This document shows, piece by piece, positions 1-12,920 of a stretch of DNA of 64,000 nt. How positions within the stretch are numbered: the stretch's first letter is position 1; every line of letters begins with the position of its first letter. Where the stretch lies: NCBI RefSeq assembly GCF_004010195.1, contig NC_057718.1, forward strand, positions 27,525,088-27,589,087, in the 5' to 3' direction. The stretch comes from Chiloscyllium plagiosum (Eukaryota). Under the pieces are notes generated by a model. That model was not told the origin of the DNA, ran no database searches, and was given only the letters and a program-made list of their open reading frames with translations. The position numbers were made by a program, and so were the translations under genes.

Positions 1-146
1 GGACGCAGGAGGTCCACAGCTGGGATGGCAGCTAAATTTATAGGAGGGGAGCCTGGTAAAATATGTAGTTACACAGAAAGCATAAAAATACACAAAGAAT
101 AATATCTTGAACTTTCTGTGTTACCACACATTCAATATCACTTTCA

Positions 147-344
147 AAATAGTCAGGTCCATTGCTAAAATCTTAGTCAATAATTGTTACAATATTATGC
201 TGGAGATTATGTACAATACAATATTCATTGGGTCATGCAATCTCCAAATAGTCAGGTCCATTGCTATAATCTTAGTCAATAATTGTTACAATATTATGCT
301 GGAGATTATGTACAATACAATGTTCATTGGGTCATGCAGTCTCC
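147..344. repeat. 99-bp tandem duplication overlapping the STON1 stop codon
   Basis: 147-245 and 246-344 are near-identical (aaatagtcaggtccattgct...gggtcatgca(a/g)tctcc). Confidence 0.95.
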
Positions 345-398
345 AGGTTTGTCTGGATCTTCTCCTTCAATACTAATCCACTTCTTTTCAATTTCAAC
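324..398 (-). CDS. STON1: Stonin-1 terminal coding exon (75 nt including TGA)
   Basis: Acceptor ttttaattgcag|GTT. Encodes VEIEKKWISIEGEDPDKPGDCMTQ*, matching the vertebrate STON1 C-terminus. This frame is not in the supplied ORF track. Confidence 0.95.
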   Translation of the reverse strand, partial: VEIEKKWISIEGEDPDKPGDCMTQ

Positions 399-549
399 CT
401 GCAATTAAAAATAAATCCAAAGTAAGTAAGAGAAGTTGCATTAGCTACACAAACCAGAGAGAGGTAAAAAGTAAATCTGGAAACTGGACAAATGTGGCTT
501 GATTTAATGTGTGAATGGACCTGTTCAATCAAATTTTAGGAAGGCCATT

Positions 550-1110
550 ACACCATAGGAACAGAAGAAAGCTGTTTGACTGCTTGAACCTACTGCCATT
601 CAACAGAATCATGAGTGAACAGACATTTCTCATGTCCACTTTCCTTTCCCTGTAACCTTTGATTCCCCTACTGACCAACAATCTATCTCAGCCTTAAGTA
701 TACATGAGGACTCTACCCCCACTGCTCCCTTTAGGAAGGAGTTCCAAAGATTCACAACCCTCTGAGAAGAAATTCCTCCTCATTGCAGTCTTAAAATGGT
801 GCCTCTTTAATCTGAGACTACGCCCCTTTGGTCTTGTACTTTCCCAGGAGGGGAAACATGCTCTCAGCATTTACCCTGTCAAGCCCATTAAGTGTCCAAA
901 ATGATTCATTGAGATCACTTCGCATTCTTCTAAACTCCAGTGAGTGAAGTCCCAATCTGTTTAGCCTTTGCTCATAAGACACTGCCTCCGTACCAGGGAT
1001 CATCCCAGTTAATATACTCTGAACAGTCTCCAGTGAAATGATATCCTCAAATGAAAGGGACCAAAACTGCTCATAGTATTCCTGTTGTGGTCTCACCAGC
1101 ACCTTGCAAG
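550..1110 (-). mobile_element. CR1 LINE 3' fragment
   Basis: LVRPQQEYYEQFWS...SYEQRLNRLGLHSLEFRRMRSDL is the CR1 ORF2 C-terminus. Confidence 0.85.
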
Positions 1111-1700
1111 GTCACAGTACAATTTCAATAAGCCTACCAATAATAAGCTACACATTAAGGGTTGGCCTAAAACACTAACAACACTATTGTGTCCAAATGA
1201 CTGACTTTTATCCAGTCTTAATGAAATTAAAGTATTCTTTTAATGATATACATTGGTGATGCTTTTCATGATGCAGCATAAATTAAAATTTGCTGGGTAA
1301 AAACAGAGGGATTTGAGTGGAATTATTGCTCATATACAATTTAAAATATAATCTGTCAGATAAATTAAAATGTCCATTTTGTTGGTTACTGAGGATGTAA
1401 AGAAACTTTGTCCTGATTGTTAATTTGGGAACTAAATTGTTCTTCTCCAGGAACAGTTAGGGAGCTTCGTTACTTATTCTAGGCTCTCCTGAGAATGGAT
1501 TAGAATAGATTTACTTTTCTCATGTCAGCTTCTTTTTTTGCTCTTTTTGAATTACTTTAAAGGGCCTCAAAGAATATAATTAACAAAACTATAGATGATG
1601 GACTAGATATAATCTTGCATTTCACTTTATAGTGTGTGATTTAATTTAAAATAAATTAAATGTTTTCAGTTTAAAAAATAATCATAGAATCAACTCTAAT

Positions 1701-3087
1701 ATTCTGTGCATCGATAGTCACAGATGAGGTGCAGGAAGACTGGAGGTTGGCAAACGTGGTGCCACTGTTTAAGAAGGGCAGTAAAGACAAGCCAGGGAAC
1801 TATAGACTGGTGAGCCTGACCTCAGTGGTGGGCAAGTTGTTGGAGGGAATCCTGAGGGACAGGATGTACATGTATTTGGAAAGACAAAGACTGATTAGGG
1901 ATAGTCAACATGGCTTTGTGCTTGGGAAAACATGTCTCACAAACTTGATTGAGTTTTTTGAAGAAGTAACAAAGAAGGTTGATGAGGGCAGAGCAGTAGA
2001 TGTGATCTATATGGACTTCAGTAAGGCATTCGATAAGGTTCACCATGGGAGACTGATTAGCAAGGTTAGATCTCATGGAATATAGGGAGAACTGGTGGGC
2101 GGCACAGTGGTTAGCACTGCTGCCTCACAGCGCCAGAGATCCGGGTTCAATTCTCGCCTCAGGCGACAGACTGTGTGGAGTTTGCACGTTCTCCCCATGT
2201 CTGCGTGGGTTTCCTCCGGGTGCTCCGGTTTCCTCCCACAGTCCAAAGATGTGCGGGTCAGGTGAATTGGCCATGCTAAATTGCCTGTAGTGTTAGGTAA
2301 GGGGTAAATGTAGGGGTATGGGTGGGTTGCGCTTTGACGGGTCGGTGCGGACTTGTTGGGCCGAAGGGCCTGTTTCCACACTAAGTAATCTAATCACCGT
2401 AAGTAATCTAATCTAATCTAAAAACTAGCCATTTGGATACAGAACTGGCTCAAAAGGTAGAAGGCAGAGGGTGGTGGTGGAGGGTTGTTTTTCAGACTGG
2501 AGGCCTGTGACCAGTGGAGTGCCACAAGGATCGGTGCTGGGTCCTCTACTTTTTGTCATTTACATAAATGATTTGCAGTTTCATAGCTCCTTGAAAGTGG
2601 AGTCACAGGTAGATAGGATAGTGAAGAAGGCGTTTGGTAAGCTTTCCTTTATTGGTCAGAGTATTGAATACAGGAGTTGGGAGGTCATGTTGCGGCTATG
2701 CCGGACATTGGTTACGCCACTGTTGGAATATTGCGTGCAGTTCTGGTCTCCTTCCTATCAGAAAGATGTTGTGAAACTTGAAAGGGTTCAGAAAAGATTT
2801 ACAAGGATGTTGCCAGGGTTGGAGGATTTTAGCTATAGGGAGAGGCTGAACAGGCTGGGGCTGTTTTCCCTGGAGCGTCGGAGGCTGAGGGGTGACCTTA
2901 TAGAGGTTTACAAAAGACAATTGCAACATTTAAGAGGCATTTGGATGGGTACATGAATAGGAAGAGTTTGGAGGGATATGGGCAGGGTGCTGGTAGGTGG
3001 GACTAGACTAATATCTGGTCGGCATGGACAGGTTGGACCAAATGGTCTCTTTCCATGCTGTACATCTCTATGTCTCTATGACTCTAT
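1701..3087 (+). mobile_element. CR1 (HER1-like) LINE, 5'-truncated and internally deleted, interrupted by a SINE
   Basis: DWRLANVVPLFKKG...QHGF...YMDFSKAFDKV and [14 protein letters not shown] motifs. Ends in a (tctatgac)-type tail. Confidence 0.93.
2097..2420 (+). mobile_element. HE1-type tRNA-derived V-SINE
   Basis: A box (cagtggttagc), B box (ggttcaattc), V-domain ttctccccatgtctgcgtgggtttcctcc and (aatct)n tail. Confidence 0.92.
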
Positions 3088-4141
3088 AACTGCCAAGATT
3101 TACAGAAAATAAATATTATATCCTAGGACTAATGTTGAATTTAGTTTGATATTAATGTGTCCATATGAAGTGTTTTGCCCATTTGTTCAATCTGTTCATT
3201 TTAAAAGGGTTTGCACTTATGGTACAGTATGGATTAATAAAATTTGCAACAAAATGTCTGTTCCAAATATCACAAGGTAGGATATGAACTCTTTTGAACC
3301 GATGAAATAACCAATGGAAAATGTAGTGCGCAGATAGTTAGCGTTGATGACAACTTTTTGTTTCTTCTCCTTATTCTGATTACTAAGCAAAGCCACTGCC
3401 CACCTAGAATTTTATTGTATAAAAGCAATTTAATGGGGGAGTTAATTTTCATCTGAAAAGTTTTCACTTGAAAAATTAGAAAATTCTGACAAATTGGAGT
3501 TCAAATGTTTTGGAAAGGAAAGGCAGAGTTTGCACAGTGCATGATAATCTCTGTTTCTTTTGCTTGAGAGGTTTAAAAAGACCACTTGAAGATCTCTCCG
3601 AAAAGATAATGTTCCTGTGTTTTTTAAAAGATCTCCATGGTACATGACAAGCTGATGTTCTCTTTCAGGCTCCATAAAAATCTCCTGACTTGTTGCCAGC
3701 TCATTCTCATTCCACCTCCTCACCAACTCCAGTCCCTGCCAGCATCTGCTCCCCCATACAAAAACATCCCTTAGTCATCCATTGGCTTTTTCCTTCAGCT
3801 GGCCATGTTTCCACCGCAAGAAAAAAGCTACTGCAATAGAGCACCAGAAAGACCAAAAAAACTGGAATATGCCACATTGTGTAGGTATGTGCAGGCACAG
3901 TGTTGATGTCATGCTTGTTTGACATCCAAATAAAACTTGTCTGAAATGTTTGCTTCCAGGTTCATTCCAATTAGCAATTATAGAGAAGTCATCCAACATA
4001 AAGGTGTCTGTCAATTTGTATAGTGACTGGCATCTCTCAGTCATATCTCGTTATTCTATTTTATACAGAACAGCAAGCGATAACAGTAACTGTGCAGATA
4101 GAGCCTCTATTGCTATTTAAAGGCAAATCTTGCACACTTCT

Positions 4142-4420
4142 GGGTGACAGTGGCTCAGTGGTTAGCACTACTGCCTCACAGTATACTTGATCCAGGTTTG
4201 ATTCCAGCCTCAGGTGACTGTGTGGAGTTTAGGTGGAATTGCCATGCTAAATTGCTACATATAGTGTCCAGGGAAGTGGAGGCAGTGTGGATTAGCCAAG
4301 AGAAATGCAGGGTTACAGGGATAGAATAAAGGGGTGGGTCTGGGTTGGACGCTCTACAAAGGGTCAGTGCAGACTCAATGGGCCAAATTGCCTTCTTCCG
4401 CACTGTAGGGATTCTATGAC
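4142..4420 (+). mobile_element. Diverged HE1-type SINE with internal deletion
   Basis: gtggctcagtggttagcact head and CR1-like tail. Confidence 0.8.
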
Positions 4421-5179
4421 TTTCTCTTCAATTTTGGTATCCACTGTCCAGTTCTTAGGACTAGATCCACAACAGAAATGATCATAACTAGGGAGGAAAG
4501 GTCAGCATGATGCAGTACAAGAACCATGAGATTGGCTCATGCAGAAAATAAAAAGTAAGACTCAGGAATATCACCACCTTCGGATCAGCAGGGTATCTGC
4601 CTAGAACAAAGAGTAAGCCTGTAAATTCAGTTGTTTTGTTTTAAATCTCTTGTCCTGGAGTAATTAGAGCTGACAAACAGGTGCACAAACGTGAAAATGT
4701 TTCATTTTGCAACCTTTAAATTCCTTATCTCAGAAAGTAAAAGATTCTTTTACAAAATTGTAATCCAAAGTTCAGAAACTGTCTTTTCAAATTTCCATTG
4801 AACATTGTAGAACTAAAACCCACAACATTCCGTTTTACAGGCATTAACAGGAAATATTTCCATGCAAAATATTTACCATTCTTTCCAGTGGGAGGGTTCT
4901 ACATTCTAGACACAGCAAGAAGTTTCAGTAAGTGTAAATAAATTTGATGCCAAAGTTATGTCTCTTGTGTTGTGCCAGACTGACTCATCTTGCCAACTTA
5001 CAGGGAGGTTTCTACCAGTGGATTTGGTGCTATATGAACAAGGGACTGAATTAAAGTTTTCCTTTGATGTTGATCCAAATGTACATACAGACATGTGTCT
5101 GCTCAGTTGACACAAGAAAGGTAATGGTGACAATTAAAGGAATTTCATGAGTACTGTCACCTGATAGTCATGTGCAACT

Positions 5180-5535
5180 CATCATGTTCTAGCGATCCAG
5201 AAACCCAAGTAATGTTCTGGGTACCCAGGTAGAATCCTTTCATAGCAGTGGTGGAATTTGAATTCAACAAAAAGCTGGAACTAAGAGTCTATTGATGACC
5301 ATGAAACCATTGTCAATTGTTGTAAAATCCTATCTAATTCAGTCTGTGCTTTAGGACGGAAATCGGCTGCACTTACCTAGTCTGGCCAATATATGACTCC
5401 AAACCCATAGCAAAAGTGTGATTATCTCTTAACTGCCCTCTATAATAGCCTAAAATTCCACTTAGTTCAAGGACATTTATGGATAAACAAGTGCTGGCCA
5501 TACCAGTGGTGCCCACATTCCATAAAGAATAAAGA
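5180..5535 (+). mobile_element. Old SINE whose 3' tail resembles the end of the LINE at 51325-52680
   Basis: Body resembles 51745-52070. Tail gctggcc...cccacattcc...gaataaa matches the reverse complement of about 51335-51400. Confidence 0.6.
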
Positions 5536-6214
5536 GCAAAATGACTGTACTTAGGAGGACCTATTTCAGCAATTTTTCAGACTTTTGACAAATTGGCCTA
5601 TGGATTAAAATAGCAAAGATTCCTAACTGAAGAAATCTTTCAGGACACTTCAGTTATCAAATTTCTGACATGACTGTTTGGTTATACTTCAAAATTATAC
5701 CCGTAAGGAAGGGTCGCTAGGGAGATACATTGCTGCAGTGATTGAGTTGCTCACATTGATGAGTGTGCCTCCGGGCCTTGGGGACTACTATCAGCACAGC
5801 TCTGTGCCTCAAGGATTGCTGAGCATTAGCTCACAGCCTTGGGATCTTAGGAATTGCTGTTTGACCAATTGGAGGCTGCTGTGGTGGGTACGGAGGAAGG
5901 AGGCAGCTAAAGGTGTTGGAGGGGAAAGGAAGAGGCTGCAAAGGGGGTATAGAGGATGCTGCAGAAGGGGGAATTGAAAATTGCAAGAAAGAGGGTAAAA
6001 ATGCAATTCTAATAAGTACGCTACAAGGATGCAAATAAAGAGGCTGTAAGATGGAGTGAAGAAACAGTATTAAGGGGAATTAACTCTGCAGACACTTGTC
6101 TTTTCATGTGTGTGTGGCTGTATTTGGGATTGAGGGAATATAGTTCTATTTTAGATCATAGCTTAGCCGTTACCCAGAGTTTGCACTTGCTTCAAGAAAA
6201 AATAATTAGGGTCA

Positions 6215-7415
6215 TAGTTTTTAACACCACGGAAAGAAGCCTTTTGGCCCATTACGTCCATGCTAGTCATCAGATATCAATTTATTCTAATCCTATTTTC
6301 CAGCACGTGACCGATAGCCTTGTATAGTATGGCATACAAGTGTGCATCTAAATATTCTTAAATGTCTTGAGAGTTCTCACCTTTATCACCCTTTTAGGTA
6401 ATGAATTCCAGATACCCACAACCCTCTGCTTGAACAAAAGTCTTCATATCCCCTCTGAACTTCCTATTTATTACATTAAAACTGTGCTCCCTTAAGAGAA
6501 AAGCTTTCTCCCTACCTACCTTGTTTATAACCCCAAAACTTTGTATACCTCAAATCAGATTCTGCTTTTGCCTTTTTTGCTTGGAGGAAAACAACCCTAG
6601 CTAATTTGATCTCCTCTCATACCAGAAAATCTCCAACCCAGATAACATCTTTTTGTGCCCTTTCTAGTGCAATTCCTAGTGAATGGCGACTAGAACTGCA
6701 CACTGTACTCCAGCTACAGCCTAATTAATGTTACAAAGTGCTCCATTATAACCTCCTTTCTCTTGTATTCAATACCTTGATTCATAAAAGTATGTTTCCC
6801 ATTTGCCTTCTTAACCATCTTGTCTACCTGTCCTGCTGCTTTCAAGGATCTGTGGTCATGCACACCTCTGCCTTTGATGACTCTGCTTCCTAAGGTCCTA
6901 CCATTCAATGTGTGCTTTCTTGCCTTGTTAGTCCTTCTAAAATGCATCACATCACACTTTTCAGGTATAAGTTCCCTTTGCGTTCGTTCAGACCTTGTGA
7001 CCAGTCCAAATATATCACCTTATAGTCTAAGGCTTTCCTCCATGCTATTTACCACACCACCAATTTGCATGTCTCCTGTGAACTTATTAATCATATCACC
7101 AATTTTTATGTTTAGATTATTAATGAACACAACAAACAACGAGGGACCAACACCACTGAATATCGGCTTCTTGTCACAGAAACACCCTTCCACCATCACT
7201 CTCTACTTCCTGCCTCTAAGCCAAATTTGAATTCAAATTGCCGAACTGCCCTCGATCCCATGAGTTCTAACCTTCTTAACCAGTCTACCAATGGAGACCT
7301 TGTCAAAAGCATTACTGAAGTCTTATAGACCATGTCAACTGCACTACCCTCATCTAAACACCTAGTCACCTCCTAGAAAATTCAATCAAATCTGTTAGAC
7401 ATGATCTGTCTCTTA
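6215..7415 (-). mobile_element. Decayed CR1 LINE 3' fragment
   Basis: MHF...NKARKHTLNGRTLGS...SLKAAGQVDKMVKKA CR1 ORF2 remnants. Confidence 0.82.
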
Positions 7416-7995
7416 CATCTTGTGCTTAATTGCAAGTGGAAATTTAATTCATAATAGCATTTAAAAGATGCCTTAAGCGAACCAGCACAGGAAGAGAAAA
7501 TACTATGGAAAATTCAAGCTTTTGAAAAAGTAATGAAGCTGAATGGAACAGATGTACTTCAAAAGGATTGTTGTGCACATCAGGGCAGTTCTCTGGTTTG
7601 GAGCATGATACCCAGAACAAACAAAATTATATGGGAGTTACATCTTCTCGTCCCTTTGCAGGAATGGCACAATCATGAGATGGAGAACTCAGAAAAGAAT
7701 AAGGCAACAAAAGAATTTAGGCATAAAATCTGGGAAGCTGATAACTCTTCAGAACCCTCTGGTAGATTAAACAGCCAACCTGCAAAAAAGCATCACAGCA
7801 CATTGCAATAATATGAGTTAAAAAATAACCTGCCTGGCTGAAATCCTTCAAATCTTTTCAAATGACTTTACAGTGAAAGTGTTCAATAAATTAGCAGATT
7901 CAAAATACACTTTTCAGTTCCATTTTATTGCAATGTCCTGTTGTTTACCACACAACAGAAACTCTTGCAAACAAGATGAATATATAAAGTATGAC

Positions 7996-8198
7996 CTGGT
8001 AGTGGTATTGAGCTTTTCGATGAATGTGCTTCTCTGGCTGGATATCACTTTCTGTTCCAAATGATTTCATTTGCACTTTGGAAGCTGATGTGTCAGGTAC
8101 CTCAAACTCCACAGCAATGACTGGCTTCCATTCTGAAGGTATTTCTTGATCTGAACCCAGCTCAAGTTTACAAGAAAAACAGTGTGGATGGTCAGATG
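7996..8198 (-). CDS. STON1: Stonin-1 coding exon 2 (203 nt)
   Basis: Acceptor tttatcttgtag|CA and donor CAG|GTCATA. Encodes (A)SDHPHCFSCKLELGSDQEIPSEW...KAQYHYQ. Phase 1 in and phase 0 out fit the neighbouring exons. Confidence 0.95.
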
Positions 8199-9517
8199 CT
8201 ACAAGATAAAATGAGAGAAGTAGCATTTCACAGAGCAGTGAGGAGCAATACATTGAGCATAACCAAACCTTAGTAATAATTTTTTTCAAGATTAGAATTA
8301 TCGATGGGACAGTATAGCTAACAAATAATAAAGATGTTAAGTATTGACATTACTGAAATATTAAAAAGATATAGTGTTGAAATAATAATAAATAAAAATC
8401 TGAACAATCATGGTGTAAAGTTTTACTTATGACAGTATGAATTAGGCCTGATCCACGTTCACACTTGTACCTAGTAATCTCTGACTCCCTTTTTAATCAA
8501 GAATCTATCTTCTTTTGCCTTAAAAAAAATTCAGTGCCTGCCTCTACCACCCTCGGTGGAAGGGGGTTCCAAAGATTCACAGATCTCTAAAAAAACAAAA
8601 ATTCCTCAATCTCAATCTTAAATGGAAGATCCCTCATTATGGTAGCACTATTATTGTAATTACCGTGTTCTCTAGTTCTCATTTACCTTACATATCTCCA
8701 CATTCTTGGTGAATTCAGTTTCAGTAGTACAAGTTGTAGTTTTCCTTTTCTTTGATTGTATTTTGAGAGATTTTCATTATTTACAGCTGAACAGGAGGGC
8801 AGATGTGTGTGTTCCCAGTCTCTATTGGTGCACTTCTCAATATAGAGAATTTATAAAGGTGAAATTATAAAGGTGAATAAATTCCTTTTATTCTCCCTCC
8901 CTCCCTTCCTACGGAAAGGTGTAATGTCTTCTTGGTACAGCCCCATAGCTGAACAGGTGATTCGTGAAGAAAGTAATTCCCATTCGTTTCCACCCTAACA
9001 GCCTGCTTACTGGCTTGGGAAGTGGTGGAAGCATCAATGTAACTTGAGATAATGTGGGACCCCAGACAGCAAAGACAGCCTTGCTGCAAAATGAGATTCC
9101 TTCCTCTCCTCCATGTGTGAATGGTCCTAATGAGATTCACAAACTCAGTCTAAATCTCTTCCATTGCAGCTGGTCCTAACCTGCAGTCCCCGCAGTGGCC
9201 ACCACTCCCATTGGTACCTTTGAGACTGAAGAGGTGACAACCATCTAATAGACCAGAAATCTGCCAGGGCAGATACCTCTTAAAAGAGGTGGGAAACTCC
9301 AATTGCAGGCAATTAATTACCAGAGGAATGTAAAATATAGTGGGGACTTCCTTGGCCAGTTGAAGTAGGGTTTCTCAATTTTCTGGCTGATGTCCACCAC
9401 TGTCCCATAAAATTTTTAACTTTATTTTATCATTGGATATCAGAAACTATACACTTGCTCACAAGATGACCCAATTTCTACATTCTGATTGTTCAGCAAT
9501 TATATGATGGAATATAC

Positions 9518-11255
9518 CTGCATTCCTATCAGGGAGACGATCAATCCTCCAGACAATTGCCTTGAAAGCTTGCTCATATTTAGCTGTACCAATGGTGACT
9601 TGCATTACTGGTTCACCATTTGTTGTGCTAACAGAGCCAAATCGAGCATTCCGATTCATCTTCGCCTTCAAGGACTTCTGTCTGAAGAGATTCCCAGTTC
9701 GAAATATCTTGAACCAAGCTGGGGGAACAGGAAAGCGTATCATCACATTTTCACAATACATAGATGATAGCCTGTTTTGGAGATTGGAATAGGCAGCGGA
9801 CATAACTAGAAATGCTTGCAATTCTGTGTAGGCTCCATGAACTGTGACCAGACCCTTTAACAAAAAGGGAAGCTCAGGATTGTCACAGACTGTTTTGAAA
9901 CGCATCAGCTCCAATCTACAGGCATCAGGAGGAGTGAATTTTATGACTCTAGATTTTTCAAACTCATTTTCTTTCACACACTTATGAACCCGGTAGTCAG
10001 AGATCTGAATCCATGTGCTATCCATATCATTTTTCAAATAACAGCGGTCTTTCCTTTGAAGCTGTAAATCATTAAGAGTCAAAAAACATTCAACATTGCC
10101 ATTAATGAAGCACAGACAATAAACGTGGGTCACCACTGAAGCTTCAATCATTTTCCCTTCTCTTGAAAATTTTCCCCAGAAGTGATCCGTTATTTCAAGT
10201 ATCATTTCTTGTTCTTCATAGCTCTTTCTGCGCTGTGTAAGGAGAGGTAGTTTCATTAGTTCCTCTTCAACAGCAGCAATGAAGTCTGTGAAATCCTTGT
10301 AGTCAGTTGTTCCAAATTTCAACACCTGTTCAACCTCTGCTTCATGTAGGACTTCGGTTTTTGGGTGATATTTTCGTTTTTCTGTGTATGACACATGTTC
10401 AATCTTCACTGTGTGGATCTTTTCTGATGCCTTGTAGTTCTCCAGCTTGGGTTTTGAGAGCCTACAATACGGTTGCAACTGAAATTCTTTGAAAGGTTTC
10501 TCAAGGCCCTGTTCATAATAGAGTTGTAAAACCCCCCCAGCCAGGAGGTTCAGATAAATAGGGCCCCATTGACGGGAAGACATCATATTCTTCTTCTCAG
10601 GGATCCTCATCATTAAAGGCCAACCATTTTTGTACCCAATTCTGAAGAGATTCCTAACATTAGGTGAAGATATTTGAACATGATGTTGTTTGTTTTCTGA
10701 AAATGTCTTTGAAGGTTGGAAGTCGTCTGCTTGTATCTTTTCATGTTTTTGACAAAGAACAGTTAGAGGGGAATTACTCCAACTTTTCTGGGGTCCATTC
10801 ATTTGCTTGGGGCCATGAAAAAAAGTGCTTGTTGTGCTTGTGGTTGAGATTTCATGAGTCTGGTTACTTTCTTGTTCACAGTGAGAAACACCAGTGCTTG
10901 AAATATAACTCTGATTCCAAAATGGATTGGTGTATCCATTCTCATTATTATGTGGCCTAAACTGATCGGTTTGTGACAGATCCTCAAACTTAAAGAAACA
11001 GCTATCCCCGGATGAGCTTGCTGTGATTGGTGTCTGAAGTCCAGACATTGGCGTGGAAGGAAAGTTTGTGAATGGTGAAGAAAGTGGCGTGTTACTGCCA
11101 GAGGCAGATGTCCTGAACAAATGATGTTGAGAAGAAAGACTCAATACCAGACCATTGGATTTGTGCCCATTGTCCGAACTGAAGGACTGTTTTGGTGACT
11201 GGAAACCATAATCATCATCAAAAGTCACCCAGTTTGGATAATTCAGCGAAGACAT
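9518..11255 (-). CDS. STON1: Stonin-1 coding exon 1 (N-terminal WxxF and Pro/Ser-rich region, stonin-homology domain, most of the mu-homology domain)
   Basis: ORF begins MSSLNYPNWVTFDDD and contains GWPLMMRIPEKKNMMSSRQWGPIY, IKFTPPDACRLELMRF and GTAKYEQAFKAIVWRIDRLPDRN, typical of stonins. It ends at donor GCAG|GTATAT (intron starts 9517, phase 1). Confidence 0.96.
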
Positions 11256-11321
11256 GCTGTGTTTAATTCATAAGTAATTCCTCTTTTCACTATTCTGGAA
11301 GACTGGTTCCAGTATACCCTG
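11256..11321 (-). other. STON1: 5' UTR part of the first coding exon, with a NAGNAG acceptor and a minimal uORF
   Basis: Minus strand reads attattttgttccttCAG|CAG|GG (exon starts at 11321 or 11318). ATG AAT TAA lies at 11271-11263. Confidence 0.65.
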
Positions 11322-11741
11322 CTGAAGGAACAAAATAATGAATAGTTTTTGTTTTACTTTAATCTATTAGTGCTAAATGTTGAATTATATCAGATAACAG
11401 ACGTACAGAAGCAGAGGTCTTTTATTAAACAGTGGTAGCCTGAAGATTTCATCATTCCAGTGAAATAATACTGTGCAGTTTGGAGTATAAAACACCTTAA
11501 GTAACAACATAGGAGAAGCTCAAGAATATAATGTTTTGTACCAGATTTCATGCTTCAGTGTGTTAAATTTAGATACAAAAAACTTTATGAAAGAAGAACA
11601 TTAAATCTAGTGATTACTTTAAAAAATCTCTGCAGGTTATAGTCAGCTGTAATTACATTTTTCCTAGTTTGAGCTCAAAACATTAAGCTAACTTAGCAAC
11701 TGAATTTCATGCTAGTGTGAGTGCTAGACCACAAGCCCAGG

Positions 11742-11840
11742 AGGGGCTCTAGTGGTGCAGTGGTAGTGTCCCTACGTCTGAAACAAAAGGCTTGGGTTCA
11801 AATCTCATCTGCTGTATAGGTGTGTAATAACACCTTTGAA
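11742..11840 (+). mobile_element. Short tRNA-derived SINE split by a CR1 insertion (resumes about 12921-12947)
   Basis: A box tggtgcagtgg and B box ggttcaaatc. An uninterrupted relative lies at 13139-13262. Confidence 0.65.
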
Positions 11841-11844
11841 CTGG

Positions 11845-12920
11845 AGTAGTGGGCTGTGAAGAAGGTTACTTTAGAGTATAACAGAACCTTGATCAGATGG
11901 GCCAATGGGCCAAGGTGTGGCAGATGGAGTTTAATTTAGATAAATATGAGATGGTGCATTTTGGGAAGGCAAATCAGGGCAGGACTTATACAGTTAATGA
12001 TAGCGTTTATAGGGAGTGTTACTGAACAAAGACGTGAGGTGCAGGCACATAATTCCTTGCAAGCGGAGTTGCAGGTAGACAGGGTGGTGAAGAAGGTGCT
12101 TAGCACTCTTGTCTTCATCAGACAATGCATTGAGTATAGGAGTTGGAACATCATATTGCAGCTGCACAGGACATTGGTGAAGTCACTTTTGGAATACTGC
12201 GTCCAATTCTGTTCTTGTTGCTATAGGGAAGATCATTGAATCCCTACCGCATGGAAGCAGGCCTTTCGGCCCATCACGTCCACATCAACCCTCTGACCAG
12301 CATCCCACCCAAACCCACCTCCCTAACCTATTCCTCTAGCCCTGCATTTTCCATGGCTAAACCACCTGCACATTCCTGGACATATAGGCAATTTAGCATG
12401 GCCAATCTACCTAACCTGCACATCTTTGGACTGTGGAAGGAAACCAGAGCAGCAGGAGGAAACCCACACAGACATGGGAAGAATATGCAAACTCCACACA
12501 GTCAGTCACCCGAGGCTGGAATCAAACCCAGGTCCCTATGCTATGAGGCATCAATGCTAACCACTGAGCCACAATGTTATAAAATTTGAAAGAGTTCAGA
12601 AAAGATTTACAGGGATGCTGCCGAGATTAGAGGGTATGAGCTGTAGGAAGAGGCCAAATAGGCTGGAGCGGTAAGATTTAAAAGGGACCTGAGGGGCAAC
12701 ACTTTTACGCAAAGGGCGGTGCATGTATGGAACGAGCTGCAGGACGAGATGGTGGAGGCAGCGACAATTACAACATTTAAAAGGCATCTGGATTGGTGCC
12801 TGAAAAGGAAAGATTTAGAGAGATACGGGTCAAATGATGGCAAATGGAATCAAATATCTGGTCAGCAACGACAAGTTGGACCAAAGGGCCTGTTTCCATG
12901 CTGTATTACTCTATGACTCA
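11845..12920 (+). mobile_element. CR1 LINE 3' fragment containing a minus-strand SINE
   Basis: [28 protein letters not shown] and VWNELQDEMVEAATITTFKRHLD. Ends with an actctatgactc tail. Confidence 0.88.
12237..12576 (-). mobile_element. HE1-type SINE
   Basis: Reverse complement of the SINE at 2097-2420. Confidence 0.85.

Noticed and set aside
3669..3884. Possible plus-strand exon (tctttcag|...tag|gtatgt) antisense to STON1
   Set aside because: All three frames contain stops, and such splice-like pairs occur by chance.
9459..9517. ORF extension GIFHHIIAEQSECRNWVIL*
   Set aside because: It reads through the splice donor into the intron; stonin homology continues in the 7996-8198 exon.
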